From: Candidatus Tayloriibacteriota bacterium
Lineage (GTDB): Bacteria; Patescibacteriota; Minisyncoccia; Phycocordibacterales; PALSA-1337
NCBI GenBank assembly: GCA_943350765.1
Contig: CALRAJ010000003.1
Location: forward strand, 1,456-65,455
Reading direction: 5' to 3'
DNA length: 64,000 nucleotides
Below, in pieces: positions 1 to 9,083 of the stretch (its first letter is position 1; every line of letters begins with the position of its first letter). The notes beneath the pieces are model-generated. The model saw only the letters and a list, made by a program, of their open reading frames with translations. It did not search any database and was not told the DNA's origin. The position numbers and the translations under genes are program-made.

Positions 1-171
1 TTAAAATATGTTTGCAAAATGTAGTTAGGGGATAACTTTCTTGACAAGGGTTGATATCGTTGTATTCTATGTATAGAGTTGTAAAAGAGCTTGGCAGTGC
101 GATGCATTGCCGTAAAGGTTTACACCGACTCTTGTAGTGGTTAGTGGTTTGGAAGTGGAGAAAGTTGCTCT

Positions 172-585
172 ATGAAAAAACTGTGTGAGGAGTTCTTGAG
201 AGGTTTCAAAGACCTACTTGGTTCAAGTCAGGCTGTTAAAATCCGTGATTATTTTGGGTGGACTACGGCATGTTCGTTCCCAGTCATTTGGATTATGTCT
301 GAGCTAGTGGGTTTTTTTGTCCGACCTCTACGCGGAAGTGAGACAACAGCACTGCTGATCTATGTGTATGTGGTCTCGTCACTGCTTGCTTTTGTCGGGA
401 TCATTTTATTGCCAATCGGACTGACATTGCAGAAAATGATCAAGGTACGAGCCAGCCGACTTAAAAGGAGGGTGGTTCATCCGAGACCCGAAGAGGTTGA
501 ACAAAGGATTTTTGAAGAACCTTTTGTGGTATACCCTTCTCCAAAAAGACCAGTAAGAGGTCGTCCTTTCCTAGGACTGCCCTGA
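172..585 (+). CDS. hypothetical membrane protein
   Basis: 137-aa ORF with two hydrophobic segments; TTGACA at 41-46 upstream; hairpin plus T-tract at ~598-633. Confidence 0.55.
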   Translation: MKKLCEEFLRGFKDLLGSSQAVKIRDYFGWTTACSFPVIWIMSELVGFFVRPLRGSETTALLIYVYVVSSLLAFVGIILLPIGLTLQKMIKVRASRLKRRVVHPRPEEVEQRIFEEPFVVYPSPKRPVRGRPFLGLP

Positions 586-677
586 CTGGTAATGCAACAC
601 AATGACCTATTGGTCGGTCATTGTGTTTTTTATTTGGATAAGGTATTTAGTATCAATAAAAATGCTACAATGTCTGT

Positions 678-3146
678 ATGAAAAAAGTTGAGAAAAAAGA
701 ACCGATAGTTGAAAAAGCAAAACGACTGGTGCTTCTAGATGCACACGCCATACTTCATCGTGCCTACCACGCCATACCTGACTTTTTCTCAAGTAAAGGT
801 GAGCCTACGGGAGCACTTTTTGGACTTTCTTCTATGCTTATAAAAATCATTGGTGATTTGAAACCAGACTATCTCGCGGCGGCGTACGACCTCCCAAAGC
901 CTACTTATCGCCACGAAGCTTTCAAAGACTACAAAGCTGGTCGGGCAAAAGCCGACCATGAGCTGGTCGCACAAATGAAGCGTTCGAGGGAGGTGTTTGA
1001 AGCCCTAGGTATTCCTATGTATGACTTGGCTGGATTTGAGGCAGACGACATGCTTGGGACCATAGTCCAACAAGTCCAAAGTCAAAAGTACAAAGTCGGC
1101 AATAGAGAAATTGATATTGTGATTGCCTCAGGCGACATGGATACGCTTCAGCTCGTGTCAGATAAAAAGGTTCAGGTGTATACCCTTAAAAAGGGAATCA
1201 AGGAAACGATTTTGTATGATGAGGCTGGTGTGTGTGAGCGATTTAAATTTGGTCCAGAACTTTTGCCAGATTACAAAGGTCTGCGAGGTGATCCATCAGA
1301 TAATATTCCGGGTATAAAAGGTATTGGTGAAGTGACTGCAACCATACTCATTACTACATTCGGCTCAATCGAGCAGATATATAAAAAGCTGGCAAAAGAT
1401 AGACAGGCATTTGTCGATGCTGGTCTCAGTGAGAGGATTATCGGACTACTCGAGGCGGGCAAGGAGGAAGCGGAGTTTAGTAAAATGCTCGGCACAATAC
1501 GCCGTGATGCACCGATTACATATATAGTGCCAGAAAAATCTTGGAGCGAAACGGTGGATATAAAAAAAGCGGAGAAACTTTTTAATGAGCTGGAGTTTCG
1601 GACACTATCTGCCCGACTCCATGCAGTTTTGGGAAAGAATCCGCCAGCGACCACTGCCCCAATCCTACCGACCGAAGATTTTCCACCAGCAGACTTCAAA
1701 CGCCTCGCTGTGGCTCTCTGGGTACTGGATTCCAACAAAACCAATCCTACCAGAGAGGACATTTTGGCATACGCGAATACAGAAACCCTAGCCGAGGCAT
1801 CAAAAATCATTTTTAATCGTCTCGAAAAAGAAGCTGGCTCAAAAAAGGTGTATGAGGAGATAGAGCTACCACTTATTCCTATTATTGAAAAAATGGAGCG
1901 CGTAGGAGTACGGGTCAGCACAGAGTATCTCAAAAAATTATCAACAGACTATCACGCTCAGCTAGCGGGGATTGAAAAAGAGATTATTTCTCTCGCTCTA
2001 CCCTTTACGCAAGGGTCTGGTATGGAAAATTTTAATATCGCTTCACCAAAACAACTCGGTGAAATCCTTTTTGTGAAAATGGGTTTAGCTGGAAAGCGTC
2101 AGAAAAAGACCTCGACTGGTAATTTCTCCACCAAAGAGTCCGAGCTCGAGAAGATTAAATTTGACCACCCGATTATTCCACTCATCCTCAAACACCGTGA
2201 GTTTTCAAAGCTCCTCGGTACTTACATCGATACCCTCCCAGAGCTTATTCGTGATGACGGTCGTATCCACGCACAATTTATTCCTGCTGGTAGTACCACG
2301 GGTCGCATGGCTTCTCAAAATCCAAACCTACAAAACATTCCAAACAAAGGCGAGCTGGGTCGAGCCATTCGACATGCTTTTGTAGCAGAAAATGGTTTCA
2401 AAATTGTAGCTTTTGACTACTCTCAAATAGAGCTTCGTATCGCAGCCTTTCTTTCAAAAGATGAAAAGATGTTGGCAATTTTTAGAGATGGGGAGGATAT
2501 ACATACCGCGGTGGCATCTGAGGTGTTTGGTGTAGACAAGGCATCGGTGACCAAGGATATGCGTAGGCAGGCAAAGGTGATCAACTTCGGTATTATGTAC
2601 GGTATGGGTGTGACTGCGTTACAGACCAACCTCGCTCCCGAAAGCACAGATGGGGTCGCGCCAACACCCATTAGTCGAGCTGAGGCACAGAAGTTTTACG
2701 ATAATTACTTCGCTAACTTTTCTGGTCTGGCTACCTATCTCAACGAAGTAAAGGCAAGTGCGTATCGGACTGGCTTTACCGAAACCTTTTTTGGTAGACG
2801 CAGATATTTTGAAGGAATAAAATCAAAGTTGCCATTTATTCGTGCTTCGGCTGAACGCATGGCGATCAATGCACCGATACAAGGGACTGAGGCGGATATT
2901 GTAAAGCTGGCGATGATTCAGATTGAGAATTATTTAAAAAAAGAGGGGATAGAGGATTCTGTCCGAGTGCTTTTGCAAGTGCATGATGAGCTTGTGTATG
3001 AAGTACGAAAAGATTTGATAGAAAAAGTAGTGCCTGCTGTAAAAAAGATTATGGAGCAAATTATCGATCCAAAAGATATTCACGGCGTGGTGTGTACGGC
3101 TGAGGCGAGTGTGGGGGAGAACTGGGGGGACATGAGGAAAATATAA
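678..3146 (+). CDS. polA: DNA polymerase I (5'-3' exonuclease + polymerase; 3'-5' exonuclease region reduced)
   Basis: LLDAHAILHRAYHA, FEADD, GDPSDNIPG, DYSQIELR, AKVINFGIMYG, QVHDEL motifs. Confidence 0.97.
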   Translation: MKKVEKKEPIVEKAKRLVLLDAHAILHRAYHAIPDFFSSKGEPTGALFGLSSMLIKIIGDLKPDYLAAAYDLPKPTYRHEAFKDYKAGRAKADHELVAQMKRSREVFEALGIPMYDLAGFEADDMLGTIVQQVQSQKYKVGNREIDIVIASGDMDTLQLVSDKKVQVYTLKKGIKETILYDEAGVCERFKFGPELLPDYKGLRGDPSDNIPGIKGIGEVTATILITTFGSIEQIYKKLAKDRQAFVDAGLSERIIGLLEAGKEEAEFSKMLGTIRRDAPITYIVPEKSWSETVDIKKAEKLFNELEFRTLSARLHAVLGKNPPATTAPILPTEDFPPADFKRLAVALWVLDSNKTNPTREDILAYANTETLAEASKIIFNRLEKEAGSKKVYEEIELPLIPIIEKMERVGVRVSTEYLKKLSTDYHAQLAGIEKEIISLALPFTQGSGMENFNIASPKQLGEILFVKMGLAGKRQKKTSTGNFSTKESELEKIKFDHPIIPLILKHREFSKLLGTYIDTLPELIRDDGRIHAQFIPAGSTTGRMASQNPNLQNIPNKGELGRAIRHAFVAENGFKIVAFDYSQIELRIAAFLSKDEKMLAIFRDGEDIHTAVASEVFGVDKASVTKDMRRQAKVINFGIMYGMGVTALQTNLAPESTDGVAPTPISRAEAQKFYDNYFANFSGLATYLNEVKASAYRTGFTETFFGRRRYFEGIKSKLPFIRASAERMAINAPIQGTEADIVKLAMIQIENYLKKEGIEDSVRVLLQVHDELVYEVRKDLIEKVVPAVKKIMEQIIDPKDIHGVVCTAEASVGENWGDMRKI

Positions 3147-3157
3147 AGCGAAAGAAC

Positions 3158-3327
3158 TATTCTCCCTTAGTAAAGGCCATCTACAGGTGGTCTATCGGTT
3201 AGGGATAGACATCTGTGGACGATCGATCAACAAACGATCGACTCTGCACCGACAGTACTCTGGCGCGGAGGGATTTGAAACTTAAATCCCTCGGCCTGGA
3301 GCCTGCTCCCTTTACAAAGGGAGAATA
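3158..3327. mobile_element. MITE-like palindromic element, family E
   Basis: Terminal inverted repeats TATTCTCCCTT/AAGGGAGAATA; related inverted copy at 4974-5116. Confidence 0.6.
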
Positions 3328-3349
3328 ATCCACGGTTTTAAGCCACACT

Positions 3350-3378
3350 AAACGCCTAAACACAGTGTTTAGGCGTTT
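3350..3378. repeat. REP-like palindrome (GGCTMAAC...GTTKAGCC family)
   Basis: AAACGCCTAAACAC-A-GTGTTTAGGCGTTT; about 10 related copies in the window. Confidence 0.7.
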
Positions 3379-3538
3379 AGTGTGGCTCTATAGAGCCGTT
3401 TCAAAAATAGTGTTTTTCTCGCTACGGTAAGCCTTTGTGTAAGGTTTAAGTGCCATGTTTGTCGGGCTAGGGTTGCTTTTTATCATTTGGTGTGGTAGCT
3501 TTTTAGTGGGTAAACCTTAACAAAGGAAGGATTGAAGT

Positions 3539-3912
3539 ATGAGCTTAGGTACATTTGAAGAATTGGAGAAGGTCGCATTCAGCGGAGAATTTGTTGCTGA
3601 GATTGCACGGAGACTGGGTATTGCTTTTACAAAGCCCCCCCAGTTATTCCTGGTTTTGAACACATGGAGCGTCGGTTTGTGATTGTTTGCAGTGAATATG
3701 TGGCGTGGCAGGATTTGTTGGAGGCTGTAGCTGGATATGCGGCAGATCATGGTCTGCACATCCATATGCAAAATTCAGCATCGAGCATTTGGATTTCGTG
3801 TACACTGGGTGGAAAAGGTGTCCCCATGATCCAAGTCACCATCTCAAATTTTAGTCATTCGTGTGGTGGCAGGATATTGATCACATGCTCAACCCTGACT
3901 CTAGATTGGTAG
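3539..3912 (+). pseudogene. hypothetical gene frameshifted at C7 tract
   Basis: ATG 3539 with AAGGAAGGA upstream; one extra C at 3635-3641 joins it to ORF 3664-3912. Confidence 0.5.
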
Positions 3913-3950
3913 TTCCTATTTTTGGCCAGTCGTTCATTCGCCTGGTTTTT

Positions 3951-4133
3951 TTATTGCAATTGTGGAGAATACCCCGACGGCTTGCCGCGGGGATGAATCC
4001 GCAAGAATGAAGATGAGGTCGGCGGAGCCGACACATATGCAACAAAGTTTACCCTGATGTCTCGCCTAATACCCCGCCGAGGTACTCCGAGGGAATAGCT
4101 TGCTACGGGGATAGGACGAGACTAAACTTTATT
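3951..4133. repeat. 183-bp structured dispersed repeat, copy 1
   Basis: Near-identical inverted copy at 47613-47795; GC-rich internal hairpins. Confidence 0.85.
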
Positions 4134-4250
4134 TTCCCTAAAACATTTTGAGTACAAAATGTTCGGGCTAGCCCGGGAGTACCCATCGCCCTAGGGCGGT
4201 CAAATTTTATTGAATTTGGTTTAGCCTCTAAAATCATCTATACTTAGACC

Positions 4251-4910
4251 ATGATCTACCTCATGTACGGCACAGACACCGACTCTGCTTTAAAAAAGGC
4301 ACAAGCGACAATTGCGTCTTTGCAAAAAAAGAAGCCAGATGCTTCATTTATTAAAGTGGAAAATAATGGACAGGAGAGCTTGTCTCTCGATGAATACATA
4401 GGTGGACAGGGTTTGTTTGAAAACAAACAACTGATATTTTTTGACCGAGTGTTGGAGAATAAAAAGGTGGCGGAGGATATACTCGACCGACTGGCGGACA
4501 TGCAAAAAACAGAAAATGTTTTTATTTTCCTTGAGGGTGCTCTGACCAAAGCTATATTAGGAAGATTTGAAAAAAGGGCGGAGAAAATAACTGAATATGC
4601 GAAGGCAAAGTCTGAAACAAAAGCTGATAAGTTTGATATGTTTTCTCTGACTAACGCACTAGGGGCGGGGGACAAGAAACAGCTCTGGATGCTCTATCTA
4701 CAAGCACAGGAGACTGGCTCGGTGCCTGAGCAAATTCACGGCCTGCTCTTTTGGAAAGTAAAAGATATGCTGGTAAAGAGAAACACTCGGGCGTATGATG
4801 AGCCAGCTCTCAAAACTATGTCATCTGAGCTCGTCTCGATGTACCACGATGCCCATCGAGGTCTCTGCGATTTCTCCATAGCACTAGAGGCATGGATATT
4901 GAAAAGATAG
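4251..4910 (+). CDS. holA: DNA polymerase III delta subunit-like (short form)
   Basis: MIYLMYGTD start, GLFENK, C-terminal FSLTNAL and ALEAWIL pattern. Confidence 0.7.
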   Translation: MIYLMYGTDTDSALKKAQATIASLQKKKPDASFIKVENNGQESLSLDEYIGGQGLFENKQLIFFDRVLENKKVAEDILDRLADMQKTENVFIFLEGALTKAILGRFEKRAEKITEYAKAKSETKADKFDMFSLTNALGAGDKKQLWMLYLQAQETGSVPEQIHGLLFWKVKDMLVKRNTRAYDEPALKTMSSELVSMYHDAHRGLCDFSIALEAWILKR

Positions 4911-4973
4911 TTTGAGACGGCTTGGACTAGCGGAAACCCATTTTTTCTGATATATTCTCTTTTGCTTCCTGTA

Positions 4974-5116
4974 TTTATTCTCCCTTTGAAAAGGGAGCAG
5001 ACCAGCAGGTCGAGGGATTTGAAATCTAGAAATCCATCCACGCCAGATTACTGTCGGTGAGTCGATCGTTTGTGATAGACACCTGTAGACGGTCCCTTTA
5101 GGAAAGGGAGAATAAA
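4974..5116. mobile_element. MITE-like palindromic element, family E, inverted copy
   Basis: Termini TTTATTCTCCCTTT/AAAGGGAGAATAAA; interior matches the reverse complement of 3158-3327. Confidence 0.6.
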
Positions 5117-5217
5117 TCAAAATGTACGCGGCTATAGCCCCGACGCGCAAAGCGGTCGGGATCCCGACCAAAGCGTCGGGGCTCAGTCGGCAAGAATTTT
5201 GATACAATTAAATATAT

Positions 5218-5293
5218 GCGGCTATAGCTCAGTCGGTAGAGCACCTGCCTTTTAAGCAGAGGGTCGTTGGTTCGATTCCAACTAGCCGCACCA
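5218..5293 (+). tRNA. tRNA-Lys(TTT)
   Basis: Cloverleaf, anticodon loop CTTTTAA, GTTCGATT T-loop, encoded CCA. Confidence 0.95.
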
Positions 5294-5315
5294 ATTTAAA
5301 AATCTCCCAAATTCA

Positions 5316-5499
5316 TTTGGGAGATTTTTAAATTGGTGCGGCTAGAGCAAGCCGACTGCTCGGCTTGCGTTTGGAATCGAACAGCGGAGCCATGTTTTTC
5401 TACCAAGAAAAACGGGCGAGCTGGTGCCCAGACTTTTCCGAGCGACGGCGAGGAAAAAGTCGCGGGCGATAAATGTACCCATGGTCCAACTAGCCGCAA
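5316..5499 (+). repeat. tRNA-Lys 3'-end cassette (inverted copy + body A + direct copy)
   Basis: TGGTGCGGCTAG...TTGGAATCGAAC is antisense to the tRNA 3' half; ends with direct copy CCAACTAGCCGCA. Confidence 0.8.
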
Positions 5500-5543
5500 T
5501 CACGCATAGGATCAATTGTTTTTAAAGGTCATTAGTAATTTTA

Positions 5544-5696
5544 TTAATAATCAAGGTCGTCTTTCGCTTTTTGATCTCGTTTGTAAAATTTTATCGAAAT
5601 ATTTAGAATAGAACCCCGTATATCTTCTAGTTTACTGTTTATCGCTATAAGTAAGCAGATTGTTAATAGTGCAAATATGGTGAGTAGTGTATTCAT
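5544..5696 (-). CDS. small hydrophobic peptide (50 aa)
   Basis: MNTLLTIFALLTICLLIAINSKLEDIRG...; TG-T-TACTAT box just upstream of the ATG. Confidence 0.45.
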   Translation of the reverse strand: MNTLLTIFALLTICLLIAINSKLEDIRGSILNISIKFYKRDQKAKDDLDY

Positions 5697-5781
5697 TTTT
5701 TTGTATAGTAACATACTACTATAGAATGAGTTTAGGGTTATCCACAGGTACTATATTCATTAAGTGCTACAATTAGTATAT

Positions 5782-5922
5782 AAGGTCATCAAATTTCATA
5801 TACCATCCAGATGGTAATTGTTTCCGACCAAAGGCGGGTCTAGCCCCTGAAATTAAGGAGCGAATTGCTCAAAACCCTTGCAAGGCTGAGAAACTGGATA
5901 GTACATGAAATTTGAGGATCTT
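5782..5922 (+). ncRNA. putative structured ncRNA, family unknown
   Basis: TG-C-TACAAT at 5765-5773; closing stem TCAAATTTCAT/ATGAAATTTGA extended by ATCCAG/CTGGAT; T-tract at the end; no ORF. Confidence 0.5.
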
Positions 5923-6038
5923 TTTCTTGTGTTTACTTATTGTACTCTACCATGTATGGCTTTATGACTAAAGAAAAAAGTGGATAAGTATTGTATTCGA
6001 GATTGAAAAAGGGAGATTGTAAACTAAGGTATATAAAG

Positions 6039-6188
6039 CTAACGAAAGAGATACTCTACAATTTTAGTACCAACTGGTGCTAAAATTGACACAGTAATCA
6101 TTATGGAAATCAATGAGAACCACGATACTTTCTCTGCAACCTCTTTTTCTAGTTTTTTAATTCTTATTTCAAGGTCTTCGTAATCCAT
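6039..6188 (-). CDS. small coiled-coil + TM peptide (49 aa)
   Basis: MDYEDLEIRIKKLEKEVAEKVSWFSLISIMITVSILAPVG...; follows the DoxX gene. Confidence 0.45.
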   Translation of the reverse strand: MDYEDLEIRIKKLEKEVAEKVSWFSLISIMITVSILAPVGTKIVEYLFR

Positions 6189-6206
6189 TTTATTTTTTAT
6201 AAGTTT

Positions 6207-6560
6207 TTACAACGGTAAATCAAACGCCCACGCACCTGCACCAGTAAAGAGTAGCGACAGTGCAATCACAAACAGGATCAAGTAATAATTGACACCAGCC
6301 GTGAGGAACGACCTACTCCTAATCTTCTGTACTAGTCTAAACCCGAGAATGAGCATGGCTAAAATAGAAGCAATCTGTGTGTATAGCCCGATGACAAACA
6401 AAATACCCACGAGTATTTTCACTATTGCCAGAGGTTTCTCTGTTTTCGACTTTGCCAAGCGCTCATAGCCAAAATAAATAAAGATAGTGCCGAGTAGTAA
6501 TCGGAGCAAAAAAGGTGAGAGTAAAGAAAGATACAACAGCTCTGGAAATGGATTTAACAT
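6207..6560 (-). CDS. DoxX-family membrane protein
   Basis: LLRLLLG, GLYTQIA, GAGAWAFD motifs. Confidence 0.8.
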   Translation of the reverse strand: MLNPFPELLYLSLLSPFLLRLLLGTIFIYFGYERLAKSKTEKPLAIVKILVGILFVIGLYTQIASILAMLILGFRLVQKIRSRSFLTAGVNYYLILFVIALSLLFTGAGAWAFDLPL

Positions 6561-6584
6561 ACTAAATAGTATATCATCACCTCC

Positions 6585-7085
6585 ATGGATACACAAAATG
6601 GCCTAAAACACGCAGAAAAAACAGCTTACATCATCCTTCATAATATCCGTAGTGTCTACAATGTCGGCTCGGCGTTCCGCACTGCCGATGCTCTCGGTAT
6701 CGACAAGATTTTCCTCACTGGCTACACACCAACACCGCTCGACCGTTTCAAGCAACTTAGAAAAGATTTGGCAAAAGTGGCACTCGGCGCCGAAAAAACC
6801 TTGGCTTGGGAATATGTCAAAAATCCAGCCGTACTCGTAGATCGCCTTAGGGGTGAGGGTGTGCAATGTGTTGCTGTCGAGCAGTTTGAAAAGTCGGTAG
6901 ACTACAAAATGGTGAAAATAGAGTATCCAACAGCGTTTCTTTTTGGTAATGAAGTGTCCGGTGTTTCAAAAAGTTTGCTTTCAAAAATGGATGTGATTGC
7001 TGAGATACCTATGGGAGGTAAAAAAGAGTCTCTTAATGTATCGGTGTCTTTGGGTGTAGCACTCTTTAGGATGCTGGGGAAGTGA
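6585..7085 (+). CDS. TrmH/SpoU-family RNA methyltransferase
   Basis: NIRSVYNVGSAFRTADA, FGNEVSG, IPMGGKKESLNVS. Confidence 0.92.
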   Translation: MDTQNGLKHAEKTAYIILHNIRSVYNVGSAFRTADALGIDKIFLTGYTPTPLDRFKQLRKDLAKVALGAEKTLAWEYVKNPAVLVDRLRGEGVQCVAVEQFEKSVDYKMVKIEYPTAFLFGNEVSGVSKSLLSKMDVIAEIPMGGKKESLNVSVSLGVALFRMLGK

Positions 7086-7264
7086 CTCTTTGCAAGTCCT
7101 TGCGAAGAAAAAAGCTTCAACGGCTCAGTGGTTTTACGGCTGAGCCGTTCCAGCTAAAATATGGCTCTAGATATAGGTTTAAACGGCTAAACACTAGTGT
7201 TTAGCCGTTTAGGTATTAGCGAAAACAGGCGATTTTGGGTATAAACCTCATGATCGTTTACTCT

Positions 7265-7441
7265 CTATTTTGTCTGCACAAAAGCGGGTTCTACGAAAGG
7301 CTTTTTTTGGTCTTTTGATCTCTCGGGAGCACCAGATAGGAACCATGCGAGACCGAGAATAATCAAAAATCCCACAAGCCATTTGAGGTCATCTACGGGG
7401 TCTGCTTTTGGTCCTGGTTTTGGTTTTTTGTCGTCTGCCAT
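7265..7441 (-). CDS. small membrane protein (58 aa)
   Basis: MADDKKPKPGPKADPVDDLKWLVGFLIILGLAWFLSG... Confidence 0.55.
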   Translation of the reverse strand: MADDKKPKPGPKADPVDDLKWLVGFLIILGLAWFLSGAPERSKDQKKPFVEPAFVQTK

Positions 7442-7497
7442 GGAATAGAATAGTTAAAAGTACGAAGTCGTAAGTCAAAATTTCTAATTCGTTTAAA

Positions 7498-8430
7498 TTA
7501 AGTATAACACTGTTGGTGTGTATCGCAAAAGTGTGCGCTTCGACCGCCTATTTTGAGTTTGGTGATTTTGCCCAGACATTTTTTCTTGGCACAGCTTTCA
7601 TGGGTTTTTTGGTAAGCTTGATGATGATGCTGGAAACTACCCTTGGTGCCGAGTGGGGTGCGGTAGTCAGAGGTGGAATCACCACCAAAATCAATACCCT
7701 TTTTGAGGAGGAGCTTGGTCGAAGCGAACATTTTTTGCAATTGCTTATCGGGAATCCTTGATACTATCGACAGTGGATGAATATCAGAATCCCAGAGGAT
7801 TTCGTCTGAGTAAATATTACCTATACCTGAGATGACCATCGGCTCGATCAAAACCTGCTTGATTTTACCTTTGGGTCTGGTCATCAGGCGTATTTTAAAT
7901 TTATCAAAGTCGAAATCTTTTTCTAGCGGTTCCGGACCTATATCAGAAAGGTGGTGAGATTTTTGAGCGGTAGCGGTAGGAAGTAGGGTGATTTTGGCAA
8001 ATTTGCGGACATCGGAGAGGGCAAGGTGGCGACCGTTTTTAAACGAGATGATAAAATGAACAAATCGGCTGTACGGGTCTTTTAACTCCTCTGGCTCCAT
8101 TGCTTCCCAAACTGATTTCGACTCAGTACTTTTGACTTTTGACTTCAGGTATTTCCCGTACAGTAGTTGCCCCGTCATTTTCATGTGGACGAGGATCGTC
8201 TGGTCGTTGTCTAGGTTGATGAGTATATTTTTACCTCGCCTCGTGACATTTTTTATTTTTGCGTCGGTCACAGCAACTCGAAACTTTTGGAAAAACTTCG
8301 GGTCTTTAATAGTGTCTTTTCCTAGATGAGTCTTTCCACCATAGTCTGTCCAGACATCAGTAATCTGCTCGCCAGTGATCAGCTGGTCTAGCATCGTCGC
8401 TGTTGTGTGGACTTCGGGCAATTCGGGCAT
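7498..8430 (-). CDS. mutM: formamidopyrimidine-DNA glycosylase
   Basis: MPELPEV start, HMKMTG, GIGNIYSDE, C-terminal zinc finger. Confidence 0.95.
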   Translation of the reverse strand: MPELPEVHTTATMLDQLITGEQITDVWTDYGGKTHLGKDTIKDPKFFQKFRVAVTDAKIKNVTRRGKNILINLDNDQTILVHMKMTGQLLYGKYLKSKVKSTESKSVWEAMEPEELKDPYSRFVHFIISFKNGRHLALSDVRKFAKITLLPTATAQKSHHLSDIGPEPLEKDFDFDKFKIRLMTRPKGKIKQVLIEPMVISGIGNIYSDEILWDSDIHPLSIVSRIPDKQLQKMFASTKLLLKKGIDFGGDSTSDYRTPLGTKGSFQHHHQAYQKTHESCAKKKCLGKITKLKIGGRSAHFCDTHQQCYT

Positions 8431-8436
8431 GGATGT

Positions 8437-9003
8437 TTATTTTCCGAGCGATTTAAGAGCCGATTTTACACGGGCGCTAGTAGAGGTGATCTCTTTGGGT
8501 ACCTGCTTGAGTGCCTCGCGGGCTTCGTGAGGATTGTAGCCGAGGGATTTGAGGGCTTCGAGTGCATCTACCTCGTCCCTTAGGGTGATGTCAGTCTCGC
8601 CTTCATCGATAAACTTACCTCGAAGCTCGAGGACTATTTTGTCTGCTATTTTCCTACCGATACCTGAGACTTTGGTGAGGTGTGAAGTGTCGCCAGAGGA
8701 TACGGCTTTTCTGAGGGCGGGGAGGCTCGAGACATTGAGTACGCCGAGAGCGGTTTTCGGACCAATACCAGAAATAGATATGAGTAATTCAAAAAAGGAT
8801 AGCTCATCTTTGCCTTGGAAGCCGTAGAGTGTCATGGAGTCTTCGCGAACAGCTAGATGTGTCCAGAGCGAGATAGTTTTGTCTAAGGTAGAGCTTTCGA
8901 GTAGAGGGAGAGTGGTAAAGATTTTGTAGCCGACACCTTGGACATCGAGTACTAGGTACTTGTCGTCTTTGTGGATTACGGTACCCGTGAGGTAGGAGAT
9001 CAT
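8437..9003 (-). CDS. ruvA: Holliday junction branch migration protein RuvA
   Basis: MISYLTG, VREDS.TLYGF, SGIGPK, ALKSLGY. Confidence 0.96.
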   Translation of the reverse strand: MISYLTGTVIHKDDKYLVLDVQGVGYKIFTTLPLLESSTLDKTISLWTHLAVREDSMTLYGFQGKDELSFFELLISISGIGPKTALGVLNVSSLPALRKAVSSGDTSHLTKVSGIGRKIADKIVLELRGKFIDEGETDITLRDEVDALEALKSLGYNPHEAREALKQVPKEITSTSARVKSALKSLGK

Positions 9004-9083
9004 GCTGGGTACTATAGCATATTTTGGAGTTATATATAGAGCTGAGCTTGCCTAAATTTAAAATATGGTATAGTATTGTCCTC

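Noticed and set aside
5820-5895. c-di-GMP-I riboswitch or SRP RNA identity for the orphan RNA
   Set aside because: Only a short GGGTCTA resemblance; the diagnostic motifs of either family are not present
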